Positions 17,593-26,115 of a DNA stretch of 36,402 nucleotides are shown here, in pieces. Position 1 is the stretch's first letter. Every line of letters starts with the position of its first letter. The DNA is from Candidatus Omnitrophota bacterium (GTDB lineage: Bacteria; Omnitrophota; Gorgyraeia; DAOVKU01). A program made the position numbers and the translations under genes. The stretch lies in the NCBI GenBank assembly GCA_030631665.1, contig DAOVKU010000003.1, positions 1 to 36,402 of the forward strand, read 5' to 3'. Under the pieces are notes generated by a model that made no database searches, was not told the DNA's origin, and saw only the letters and a list, made by a program, of their open reading frames with translations.

Positions 17593-19590
17593 TTAGGCCT
17601 GGCAGGTTGCGTTTTTGCCCTCTTCTTTAGCTTGATAAAGGGCTGTGTCTACTTTTTTGAGCAATTCTGATTTAGATGTGGCCGAGGTAGGATAATTTGC
17701 TACACCTAAACTAACGGTTAATTTTATAGGTTCGTCTGTTGAAGAAGAAAAATCATAATTTTTCACCACACGCCTCATTCTTTCAGCAAGATAAAAGGTT
17801 CCGTCTTTATCTGTTTCAGGTAAAAGAATCATAAATTCTTCTCCGCCGCATCTGGCTACAACATCGACATTGCGGCAGATTTCCTTTAAAATTGAACTCA
17901 ACTCTTTCAAGACAATATCTCCCTGCGGGTGACCATGGGTATCGTTTATTTTCTTAAAGCCGTCTATATCCAGCATTATAAACCCTAAAGGTTCCTGATA
18001 TCTTTCGGCTCTTTTTAATTCTTTATCAATTTGCTCTTTTAGGTAACGATAACCGTACAGACCGGTTAAACCATCTCTATTTGAAAGTTCTTTTATTCTT
18101 TTGTGGAGAGCGGCGTTGTTAATGGCCGGGATAGAACGCTGAGCAACAATGGAAAATAGCTTAAGGTCTTCTTCCGCGAAAGCATCCTTTTTTGAATGGC
18201 TCATAGCCAACAAGCCCATAACCTTATCCGCATTATGGAGCAGTTCCGCCTGAAAAGAGCTTACTATGTCTTCTTCTTTAAAGCCTTCGGTGACAATGGC
18301 CGGACCGTCGAAACGGTTAAGGGTAACCTTATCTTTTGAAAGCATCTTATGAGTAAGTTTATTGAATGAGTCAATAATCTTTAATTTAAACTTTTTGACT
18401 TCGGCCTCCGTGGCCGGATATTTAATGCTTATAATAAGTTCTCCCTGAGATTTCTCGTCAACTAATAAAAGGCCGCAGAAATGAAAATCAACTAATTGTT
18501 CAACTATTTCGATAACGGCATTTATGGTCTGGCGATAGTTAAGATCGGCGGTTACAATTTTGTTTACCTCATCGGAAATAGTGGTTTCATAAAGTTCTTT
18601 GTCAAGAAATTGGTTTGCTTCTATTAAAATTTTATTTGCTCCCTCTAATTTTTTCAGCCGCTTCTCGGTCCCATCAAGCCTTGCGCAAAGTTTGGAGCTT
18701 TGAAAGCCAAAAGAAATTTGATTGACTAAAATCATAAGCAGGTTTAAATCGTCTGTGTTGTAGGCCTCTTTGTTAATCTTGTTGTTGATGTTGATAACAC
18801 CCATGGTATCCGCAAATTTCACGGGTACCGAGAGAAAAGACTTGGTGTAATATTTATCGTTGTTTTCTTTATAAAAACGGCCATCCTTTTCTATGTCACA
18901 GACAAGTAAAGGATAATTCTGCTGAGCCACCCATCCGGAGATACCCTCCCCAAATCTAATTTTTGTATCTAAAACTATATTCTCATTTAATCCGGTAGCG
19001 GCTTTGATAATAAGAACATTTGAATCTTTATCTGCTAACATCAAAGAGCCGAGTTCAGATTTAAGTATAACTGTCATTGCTTCAATTAGCTGCTGAAAAA
19101 TTTTCTGAACAACAAGAGAATTTAAATCCGAACTTTCCTGATAAGCCCGGGTTAAATTATTTATAATTTCATTAAATTTTTTAGTTTTATCTAAAAAACT
19201 GCTAAAATTTATATTCTTTGAAAAATGAGAGATCAAGTCTTTTAATTGCTCGCCTATATTCTCTTTCTCAAGCGGCTTTAAGAGATAATCATCTGCGCCG
19301 GCCTTTATGCTCCAGAATTTCAATCTATCTTTTGGTTTGTCTGTAAGAATAATGATGGGAATATCGCGATATTCTTCTTTATTTTTCAAGAGTTTACAAA
19401 TCTGATAATCACTGATATCGCCTATGGCCGGATTTAGAAAAATCAGCTGAGGTTTGACCTTATAGACAGTTTCCAACCCTTCCAGGCCGCTTGAAACAGA
19501 AATGGTTTCAAAACCCAACCCTTCCAGGCCTTTGTTTAGAAGATTAACGGTATCAATATCGTTTTCGAAAATTACAGCTTTACTCTTCAT
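17593..19590 (-). CDS. Diguanylate cyclase: degenerate REC + GAF + GAF + GGDEF
   Basis: REC-like N-terminus (GADDYLLKP); GAF (GEGISGWVA, SFLSVP); DGLTGL, DIDGFKKINDTHGH, RNVD I-site, GGEEF, ALYQAKEEGKN. Confidence 0.93.
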   Translation of the reverse strand: MKSKAVIFENDIDTVNLLNKGLEGLGFETISVSSGLEGLETVYKVKPQLIFLNPAIGDISDYQICKLLKNKEEYRDIPIIILTDKPKDRLKFWSIKAGADDYLLKPLEKENIGEQLKDLISHFSKNINFSSFLDKTKKFNEIINNLTRAYQESSDLNSLVVQKIFQQLIEAMTVILKSELGSLMLADKDSNVLIIKAATGLNENIVLDTKIRFGEGISGWVAQQNYPLLVCDIEKDGRFYKENNDKYYTKSFLSVPVKFADTMGVININNKINKEAYNTDDLNLLMILVNQISFGFQSSKLCARLDGTEKRLKKLEGANKILIEANQFLDKELYETTISDEVNKIVTADLNYRQTINAVIEIVEQLVDFHFCGLLLVDEKSQGELIISIKYPATEAEVKKFKLKIIDSFNKLTHKMLSKDKVTLNRFDGPAIVTEGFKEEDIVSSFQAELLHNADKVMGLLAMSHSKKDAFAEEDLKLFSIVAQRSIPAINNAALHKRIKELSNRDGLTGLYGYRYLKEQIDKELKRAERYQEPLGFIMLDIDGFKKINDTHGHPQGDIVLKELSSILKEICRNVDVVARCGGEEFMILLPETDKDGTFYLAERMRRVVKNYDFSSSTDEPIKLTVSLGVANYPTSATSKSELLKKVDTALYQAKEEGKNATCQA

Positions 19591-19696
19591 AATAGAAAAG
19601 GAGCCCCTTCTGTTTAACGGCTCCCCCTAATAAATAAATGTATCCAGACAACTTAGTTAATAACCTCTTTTTTTTATCTAAAATCGCCTCAGATTT

Positions 19697-19725
19697 AGTA
19701 TACCTCCAAAATGGAAACTTTTCAA
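19697..19725 (-). promoter_or_regulatory. Sigma70-like promoter for the DGC (proximal)
   Basis: TTGAAA-17 bp-TATACT on the minus strand. Confidence 0.5.
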
Positions 19726-19755
19726 GCATTTAATTAAATTAAAGAGATTTATAAA

Positions 19756-19783
19756 ATTTTACCATATTTTCGAATATTGTCAA
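19756..19783 (-). promoter_or_regulatory. Sigma70-like promoter for the DGC (distal)
   Basis: TTGACA-16 bp (ending TGG)-TAAAAT on the minus strand. Confidence 0.6.
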
Positions 19784-19842
19784 GGGATTAAATTGCTTTT
19801 TTTAAGAAATATTTTGCTTTACTTTAAATAAAAGAGCGCCCT

Positions 19843-19927
19843 TTAGTCGAAGACTACCCTGCGGGTTACCAGAATATACTTTTAGTCAAAGACTACTCTT
19901 CGAGTTAGTCGAAGACTGCTTTTCGAA
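19843..19927. repeat. Three degenerate 23-bp direct repeats, each with an internal AGTC-(G/A)AA-GACT hairpin
   Basis: ttagtcgaagactaccctgcggg (19843), ttagtcaaagactactcttcgag (19882), ttagtcgaagactgcttttcgaa (19905). Confidence 0.8.
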
Positions 19928-19937
19928 TTAGCTCATC

Positions 19938-20531
19938 TTATCTTAATTTTTGTCTATTTGTAAAGGCAATATCATCAATATAGATAATGCCTTCTTTTTC
20001 GGTGGCTATGATATCATCAAAGATGATAACAAGCTCGGATATGTTGCTAAAATCACTTATGCCTTTAAAATCTTTAAAAGGCACGACGATTTTTGTCCAG
20101 TTATCGCTGACACCGGTAACTATAAACCTGCCGATATCACCTTGTTCATTCTTTAATTCAATCTTGAACCTGGTCGTATAACCTGCGTCAGGATCACCTT
20201 TCACCCAGAAAACAAGCGCATTATAACTAGAAAGGTCATTGCCTTCCAGCTTTGTCCAGAAACCGTTATAAGCCGGATTGGGGGAATCTACATCATATTC
20301 CAGCTTAAGTGAAGCGCCTTTTTTGCCATGCTTTACTTCGGTATCAAACGTCTCAAGGCACCCTTGAGTTGTATCAGCAGGGTCTTTGTCCCAAGCACCC
20401 ATTCCCCCGCCAAAATCATTTATACGGTCGCTGTCAAAATCCGTCAATTTCAAAGTAACGGCTTCGGCGCTAAAAGCAAAAACCAAAACGACCGTCAAAA
20501 CAAGTAATAACTTTAATGCGTATCTATCCAT
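19938..20531 (-). CDS. Secreted carbohydrate-binding module protein (CBM11-like)
   Basis: Signal peptide ending AEA; SLKLEYDV...YNGFWTKL...DLSSYNALVFWVKGD...WTKIVVPFKDF...GIIYIDDIAF beta-sandwich pattern; GGAGG RBS. Confidence 0.75.
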   Translation of the reverse strand: MDRYALKLLLVLTVVLVFAFSAEAVTLKLTDFDSDRINDFGGGMGAWDKDPADTTQGCLETFDTEVKHGKKGASLKLEYDVDSPNPAYNGFWTKLEGNDLSSYNALVFWVKGDPDAGYTTRFKIELKNEQGDIGRFIVTGVSDNWTKIVVPFKDFKGISDFSNISELVIIFDDIIATEKEGIIYIDDIAFTNRQKLR

Positions 20532-20553
20532 TCTTCACCTCCTGTGTAATAAT

Positions 20554-20582
20554 ACTTTAACAATAACTAAAATGTTTGTCAA
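20554..20582 (-). promoter_or_regulatory. Sigma70-like promoter for the CBM gene
   Basis: TTGACA-17 bp (ending TGT)-TAAAGT. Confidence 0.6.
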
Positions 20583-20629
20583 TATTTAATAGGAGAAAAT
20601 TTAAAATCTCGTTTAAAAGATAAAAATGC

Positions 20630-20657
20630 AAAGGGACGCCTTTAAAGGCGTCCCTTT
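20630..20657. terminator. Perfect 28-bp palindrome; terminator of the PEP-CTERM gene
   Basis: aaagggacgccttt|aaaggcgtcccttt, 7 bp after the stop codon. Confidence 0.8.
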
Positions 20658-20664
20658 ATATATC

Positions 20665-21303
20665 TCAACTTCTTTTTCTTTTGATGAAAGCCATTAGGCC
20701 CACTAAGCCGGAACCTAAAAGAAGCAGTGTGCTCGGTTCAGGAACGGGAACTGAATCCGCATAAGCATCATCGAAATAAGCTGCTCCCGTGAAAGGACCC
20801 TCGCCCCATGTCTCAAGAAGGACGGTATACTTAACATAATTCGTCCCTGTTGGTGCAACAGCACTATACTGAAGAGCCTCCCAACCACTTGTGGCCGCAG
20901 ACATTGAAGTCTTTACTGCTGAGCCAATGGTAACATCAGGCGCACTTTCAAATGCTATTTCCAAAGTGGCCAAGGCGTTACCTAACGCTATCGGTATATT
21001 TACCGGCTGATAGGCATATACTGTATCATTGGCTGCAAAAGGTTGTCTCTGGCCCCATCCGCCCCATCCAGAACCTGTGGCCTGTGTCTTTCCGGAATAT
21101 GAACCACTTTTTACAATAGTTGATTCTTTGCTGCCGGTTATATCCGGGTCGCTAAACATGTGCCACCAGTCTGCCGGAACCTCTTCTCCGCCGTACATTA
21201 CCCAAGTTTCAAACCCTGCATTGCTAAGCAGGTTTGCCTGGGCTATGGATGGCAGAGCCATAACTGCTGCTAAAGCTACTGCGCATAGAAGTTTTGCTTT
21301 CAT
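20665..21303 (-). CDS. PEP-CTERM sorting-signal surface protein with a CBM4/9-like beta-sandwich
   Basis: Signal peptide ending AQA; NLLSNAGFE start; C-terminal VPEPSTLLLLGSGLVGLMAFIKRKRS. Confidence 0.93.
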   Translation of the reverse strand: MKAKLLCAVALAAVMALPSIAQANLLSNAGFETWVMYGGEEVPADWWHMFSDPDITGSKESTIVKSGSYSGKTQATGSGWGGWGQRQPFAANDTVYAYQPVNIPIALGNALATLEIAFESAPDVTIGSAVKTSMSAATSGWEALQYSAVAPTGTNYVKYTVLLETWGEGPFTGAAYFDDAYADSVPVPEPSTLLLLGSGLVGLMAFIKRKRS

Positions 21304-21342
21304 TGTTCCTCTTCACCCCCTTTAGATTTTAAAGAACAAATT

Positions 21343-21395
21343 TTGTAATCGGTTACAATTCTATGTATTAAAAAAGCTTTTGTAAGCGTTTACAA
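21343..21395. promoter_or_regulatory. Two LacI/CcpA-family operator-like palindromes
   Basis: TTGTAATCGGTTACAA (21343-21358) and TTGTAAGCGTTTACAA (21380-21395). Confidence 0.7.
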
Positions 21396-21421
21396 TATAC
21401 CACACAAAAACTAAATGTCAA
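21394..21421 (-). promoter_or_regulatory. Sigma70-like promoter for the PEP-CTERM gene
   Basis: TTGACA-16 bp (ending TGG)-TATATT; the -10 abuts the distal operator. Confidence 0.65.
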
Positions 21422-21460
21422 GAGTAAACTTTTGCTTTTTTAAGGGACTTCCTTGCGAAG

Positions 21461-22963
21461 TTAATCTTCTTTTCGCCAAGTGGTTTTACCTTTGGCATCT
21501 TCAAGAACAACACCAACTTCCTTAAGCTGTTGGCGTATTTTATCGGAGAGCTCGTAATCTTCTTTGGAGCGGGCATAATCGCGCAATTCAATTAATATCT
21601 TCATTAATTTATCAACAGTTTCCATATCTTCCCCTTCTTCTTTTTGGGGCCTGAAAAGGCCCAGAATTCTTCCCAATTCAATTAAGGTAAATTTAAAGCT
21701 TTTAAGGGTCAGTTTCTTGCGCTGGAGGGGGATACTTTTATTCTCTATAAATTTATTGGCAAGGTTAACTATGTCAAAAAGGATGCTTAAGGCCGCAGGG
21801 GTATTAAAATCATCGTCCATTGCCTCTTTAAACTTTTCTCTTAAGGCGTGCAATTCGTTGATAAAAACTTTTATAGCCTCTACCAGTTGCTGCTCTTTGG
21901 GCGTTCTCTGAATGGGGGTAATCCCGGTTTTTGTTATGTCGTCTATTTTCTTAAAGAGAATATAAAAACGCTGACGCGAACTACGGGCAGAATCCATCTT
22001 TTCAAATGTAAAATCTATAGGTGAGGAGTAATGACTGCTCAGGAAAAAAATCTTTAACACTTCAGGGTGATAACGAGCCAGAATATCCTTAATAGAAATA
22101 AAATTACCCACTGATTTTGCCATTTTCTCTCTGTCTATGGTCAAAAGGCCGTTGTGAATCCAGTATTTTGCAAAAGGACGACCGGTGGCAGCTTCGCTCT
22201 GGGCAATTTCATTTTCGTGGTGGGGAAATATCAGGTCCCTTCCGCCGGCGTGGATATCGAAAGACTGCCCTAAATATTTCATGCTCATCACAGAACATTC
22301 TATATGCCATCCCGGCCTGCCCGCTGACCATGGAGAAGGCCAGGCTGGTTCGTTCTCTTTTGATTTCTTCCACAACGCAAAATCAAGAGAGTTCTTTTTA
22401 TTTTGCTCGCTTTCCTTTCTTACGCCTGTCAATATTTGTTCGGTGCTCTGGTTTGATAATTTTCCGTAATCTTTAAACTTTTTAACACTAAAATATACAT
22501 CGCCGCCGGCCTCATAGGCAAAACCTTTGTCTATCAAAATCTTTATCAGAGATATCATATCATTGATGTGGTCGGTGGCCCTGGGTTCAACATTCGCTCT
22601 ATCAATGCCGAGCGCCTGCATATCTTCATAAAATCTTCCGGTGTAACGGGCAGCTACTTCTTCGGCTTTCTTTTTAATAATTTCTCTGGATAAAGTTTTG
22701 TTTTTTTCTTTAGAAATCTCTTCTTTGGCTTTATTTATTATTTTGTCATCAATATCGGTGATATTGCGCACATAGGTCACCTTATAGCCGCTAAAAATAA
22801 GATATTTTCTTATAAAATCAAAAGCAAATGATGCCCTGGCATGACCTATATGGCATTCATCATAAACAGTAACACCACAGGCATACATTGTTACCTCTTC
22901 CTCACTTAAGGGGATGAAGTCTTCTTTTTTATTGGTAAGAGAATTATAGATTTTAAGGGGCAT
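21461..22963 (-). CDS. cysS: Cysteine--tRNA ligase
   Basis: MYACGVTVYDECHIGH, GRPGWHIECS, DIHAGGRDLIFPHHENE, KMAKS. Confidence 0.98.
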   Translation of the reverse strand: MPLKIYNSLTNKKEDFIPLSEEEVTMYACGVTVYDECHIGHARASFAFDFIRKYLIFSGYKVTYVRNITDIDDKIINKAKEEISKEKNKTLSREIIKKKAEEVAARYTGRFYEDMQALGIDRANVEPRATDHINDMISLIKILIDKGFAYEAGGDVYFSVKKFKDYGKLSNQSTEQILTGVRKESEQNKKNSLDFALWKKSKENEPAWPSPWSAGRPGWHIECSVMSMKYLGQSFDIHAGGRDLIFPHHENEIAQSEAATGRPFAKYWIHNGLLTIDREKMAKSVGNFISIKDILARYHPEVLKIFFLSSHYSSPIDFTFEKMDSARSSRQRFYILFKKIDDITKTGITPIQRTPKEQQLVEAIKVFINELHALREKFKEAMDDDFNTPAALSILFDIVNLANKFIENKSIPLQRKKLTLKSFKFTLIELGRILGLFRPQKEEGEDMETVDKLMKILIELRDYARSKEDYELSDKIRQQLKEVGVVLEDAKGKTTWRKED

Positions 22964-22995
22964 GTTCGATGCTCACGTCGAAAAATATTTGTAAT

Positions 22996-23679
22996 TTATT
23001 TTTGCTTTTCTTCTAATTTCTTAATTTTTCTCTCTAAATCCTCAATGCTTCCCATCAGGGGGTCAAGAATATGGCTATGCTCTAAACTTAATTCAATCTT
23101 TCTGCCATCCTGCTTGGTTGTTCTCCCGGGAACGCCTACCACAGTAGAATTAGAGGGAACGTCTTTTATAATTACCGCGTTTGAACCGATATAGGAATTA
23201 TTACCGATAGTTATATTACCCAGTATCTTGGCTCCTGCGCCTACAACGATATTATTGCCAAGAGTAGGGTGTCTTTTACCCTTCTCTTTGCCTGTGCCGC
23301 CGAGGGTAACGCCCTGATAAAGAGTAACGTTATTACCGATTACGCTGGTTTCTCCGATAACCACACCCATGCCATGGTCAACAAAAAGCCCTTTGCCGAT
23401 TTCAGCGCCTGGATGAATCTCGATGCCGGTAATAAAACGCGTGAACTGAGAAATAAAACGAGGCAGAAAAGAAAGCCCTTGTTTTTTTAGGGCGTGGGTG
23501 ATTCTATACGAGATTATAGCATGCAGGCCGGAATAAGTTAAAAGGACTTCATAAAAACTTATTGCCGCAGGATCTTTTTCAAAAACAGCTTTTACTTCTT
23601 CTTTAAAAAGAATACTGACAGCTACAAAATAAAAAATTAATAAGATTAAAATGCCTAACAGCATATAAAGTATAATCAT
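22996..23679 (-). CDS. cysE: Serine O-acetyltransferase with an N-terminal hydrophobic extension
   Basis: [40 protein letters not shown]. Confidence 0.95.
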   Translation of the reverse strand: MIILYMLLGILILLIFYFVAVSILFKEEVKAVFEKDPAAISFYEVLLTYSGLHAIISYRITHALKKQGLSFLPRFISQFTRFITGIEIHPGAEIGKGLFVDHGMGVVIGETSVIGNNVTLYQGVTLGGTGKEKGKRHPTLGNNIVVGAGAKILGNITIGNNSYIGSNAVIIKDVPSNSTVVGVPGRTTKQDGRKIELSLEHSHILDPLMGSIEDLERKIKKLEEKQK

Positions 23680-23718
23680 AATATCATTTAAGGGGATAGC
23701 CCTTTATTACTATCCTAA

Positions 23719-23788
23719 ATGTGCGAGGCTTAACCTCGCACAGTTATAATCTTCGTGTGCAAGTTATGTGCGAGGCTTAACCTCGCAC
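23719..23788. repeat. Two identical 23-bp palindromic (REP-like) repeats
   Basis: atgtgcgaggcttaacctcgcac at 23719-23741 and 23766-23788. Confidence 0.85.
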
Positions 23789-23792
23789 GCTC

Positions 23793-24278
23793 CTAATTGC
23801 TAACTACTTTTTCAATTGATGCTATTGCGAAAGCAGCCATAGCTTCGCCTTTGCCTATAGCGCCACATCCCTCCGAGGTAGTGGCTTTAACATTAACCTG
23901 ATTCTCTTTTAATTCCAAAATAGCAGCTATAGAGTTTCTAATTTTAACTTTAAAAGGCCCCAATTTCGGCTCTTCGGCTATTAAGGTTGAATCAATATTA
24001 ATAATATAAAATTTTTCTTTTGCTAAAAGCTTCTTGACCTCTTTCAATAACTTCACACTGCTTATATCTTTAAAAGAAGGGTCTGTGTCGGGAAAATGCA
24101 TGCCGATATCTCCAAGCGCAGCTGCGCCCAAAAGGGCATCACAAACAGCATGCAAAAGAACATCGGCATCTGAATAACCAACCAGCCCTTTTATATATGG
24201 AATTTCAACTCCGCCCAGGATCAATTTATCTTTTTCCCGGCTTAAACGATGAATGTCATAACCAATGCCAATTCTCAT
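23793..24278 (-). CDS. ispF: 2-C-methyl-D-erythritol 2,4-cyclodiphosphate synthase
   Basis: MRIGIGYDIH, SDADVLLHA, GDIGMHFPDTD, VNVKATT. Confidence 0.97.
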   Translation of the reverse strand: MRIGIGYDIHRLSREKDKLILGGVEIPYIKGLVGYSDADVLLHAVCDALLGAAALGDIGMHFPDTDPSFKDISSVKLLKEVKKLLAKEKFYIINIDSTLIAEEPKLGPFKVKIRNSIAAILELKENQVNVKATTSEGCGAIGKGEAMAAFAIASIEKVVSN

Positions 24279-24318
24279 TTTTTTATTATCGCGATTTATC
24301 TTTTCCGAATCCTGAATC

Positions 24319-24981
24319 TTATTTTATTAGTCTTCTGGCTAATTTAAGGTCGTCTTTTGTGGTAATCTTTATATTAGAGGCCTCGCCGGTGATAACTTTT
24401 ACCTTTTTTCCCAAAATTTCAAGCAGAAATGCGTCATCTGTTATATTGAAACATTTCTTTTTATCAAAAGCTTTCTTTAAAATATCTACTTTAAACCCCT
24501 GTGGGGTTTGGGCCAGGAAAAGATTTTGCCTATCTATGGTCTTCTCGACAAAATTACCCTTTACTTTTTTGACCGTAGAAGTAACTTCTATAACCGGAAT
24601 AGCCGCGCCATGTTTTTGAGTTTCATAAATTATGCGCCCAATAAGCGCGGAGCTTACAAAAGGCCTGGCTGCATCATGAATTAAAACTATTTTATCTTGC
24701 GGCGCAAGCGAAGCTATACCTTTTTTTACTGAATGGCTTCTCTTTTTGCCTCCGGAAACTATGCTTCTTACTTTCTTGAAATTGCGCAGTAACTTTTTAA
24801 CTTTTTTTAAATCATCCTTATGCGCAACAACGATTATGTTTTTTATGCCGGTATTCTTTTCAAAATTATAAACGGAGGTTTCTAATATAGAACGCCTGCG
24901 CAATTTAAGAAAAGGCTTTTTCTCCCCGGCCTTTAACCTTTCACTTAAACCGGCAGCTACAATTATAGCGCTTACGCTCAT
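24319..24981 (-). CDS. ispD: 2-C-methyl-D-erythritol 4-phosphate cytidylyltransferase
   Basis: IVAAG.S.R, LIHDAARP, AQTPQGF, TDDA, NIKITTKDDL. Confidence 0.96.
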   Translation of the reverse strand: MSVSAIIVAAGLSERLKAGEKKPFLKLRRRSILETSVYNFEKNTGIKNIIVVAHKDDLKKVKKLLRNFKKVRSIVSGGKKRSHSVKKGIASLAPQDKIVLIHDAARPFVSSALIGRIIYETQKHGAAIPVIEVTSTVKKVKGNFVEKTIDRQNLFLAQTPQGFKVDILKKAFDKKKCFNITDDAFLLEILGKKVKVITGEASNIKITTKDDLKLARRLIK

Positions 24982-25004
24982 CTTTTAATCAAATGGCCTT
25001 AAAT

Positions 25005-25049
25005 CCAGATTTTGCCTGCACCTTTCGCAGGTGTGCAGGCAAAATTTGG
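25005..25049. repeat. Strong intergenic hairpin (terminator or REP-like) between the PIN/TRAM gene and ispD
   Basis: ccagattttgcctgcac ... gtgcaggcaaaatttgg; 17-bp stem with one mismatch. Confidence 0.75.
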
Positions 25050-25050
25050 G

Positions 25051-26100
25051 TTAAAATTTATTATTTAATCTTCGCTGATTATTATAACTTTTACTTTTTT
25101 TGTTCTGATTTATTTCAGCAAAAATCATTTTGCCGGCTGCTGTCTGAAGAACACTGCTTACAGACACAGTAATGACCTTACCGATAAGATGCTTAGCGTG
25201 ATCAACCACTACCATCGTGCCGTCATCAAGATAACCAATGGCCTGATTAAATTCCTTGCCGTCTTTAAGAAGTTTAATAGTCATGGTCTCGCCCGGCAAT
25301 ACCACCGGCTTCAGAGCATTGGCCAATTCATTGATATTCAAAATTGTAACACCCTGTAGTTCGGCTATTTTATTCAAATTATAATCATTGGTGATAATTT
25401 TACCGTCTAACACCTTGGCCATTTTTACCAACTTGGTGTCAACTTCTTTGATTTCAGGAAAATCCTGTTCGTTAATTTTAATATCGATATTGGAGTTTTT
25501 CTGAATCTTGTTTAAGATATCAAGGCCTCTTCTGCCTCGATTTCTCTTTAAAGGATCAGCGCTATCAGCCACCTGCTGTAATTCCATCAAGACAAAACGC
25601 GGCACAACAAACTTACCTTCGAGAAACTTTGTTTTGCATATATCCGCTATGCGGCCATCAATAATAACGCTGGTGTCGATGATGATAATTTCCTCTCTTT
25701 TATCTTGTCTGGCCAGTTTAACATAGGGAATTACCAGGTTAAATTCATCCTTTCCTCCCAGAGCAATAAGCATTCCAAGATAAACAAATATGAGCGTTAT
25801 AATCATAGTGACGGAAGTTTTTGTTATTTCATCCATAAATATAAAACCGCATGATAAATTTATCACCACCCTTGCCATAATCAAACCAAATATAAAACCA
25901 AATACAGCTGAGGATAATCCCTTAATGGACACTCGCCTGGTGGCAACCTCAAGCAGAATTATGCCTAAAGCCGCAGCTACTCCTATGCCGGCGCTCATAA
26001 AAGAAAAAGCAGAGCCCTGGCCTTTAATCAAAGAGCCTATCTGATAACCGGTGGCTGCTGAAGCTACTACAAAAAAAATTCTTATAAACATAATAGTCAA
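25051..26100 (-). CDS. Membrane PIN/TRAM domain protein (YacL family)
   Basis: Four TM segments, DTSVIIDGRI, TNDYNLNK, GYLDDGTMVVV, LQTAAGKMIFA. Confidence 0.95.
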   Translation of the reverse strand: MTIMFIRIFFVVASAATGYQIGSLIKGQGSAFSFMSAGIGVAAALGIILLEVATRRVSIKGLSSAVFGFIFGLIMARVVINLSCGFIFMDEITKTSVTMIITLIFVYLGMLIALGGKDEFNLVIPYVKLARQDKREEIIIIDTSVIIDGRIADICKTKFLEGKFVVPRFVLMELQQVADSADPLKRNRGRRGLDILNKIQKNSNIDIKINEQDFPEIKEVDTKLVKMAKVLDGKIITNDYNLNKIAELQGVTILNINELANALKPVVLPGETMTIKLLKDGKEFNQAIGYLDDGTMVVVDHAKHLIGKVITVSVSSVLQTAAGKMIFAEINQNKKSKSYNNQRRLNNKF

Positions 26101-26115
26101 TTTTTTCTCACCTCC

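Noticed and set aside
19591-19750. c-di-GMP riboswitch in the DGC leader
   Set aside because: No GGCAAAC...GACGCAAAG-type consensus is visible.
19843-19927. Possible CRISPR array or CtsR box
   Set aside because: Spacers are 16 and 0 bp and the units are degenerate; there is only one AGTCAAA half-site and no RGTCAAA-NAN-RGTCAAA.
21461-22963. KMAKS in place of KMSKS in CysS
   Set aside because: A conservative single-residue variant with all other motifs intact.
23719-23788. Possible mini CRISPR array
   Set aside because: Only two repeats, no cas genes or leader, and the fully palindromic units fit a REP-like element better.
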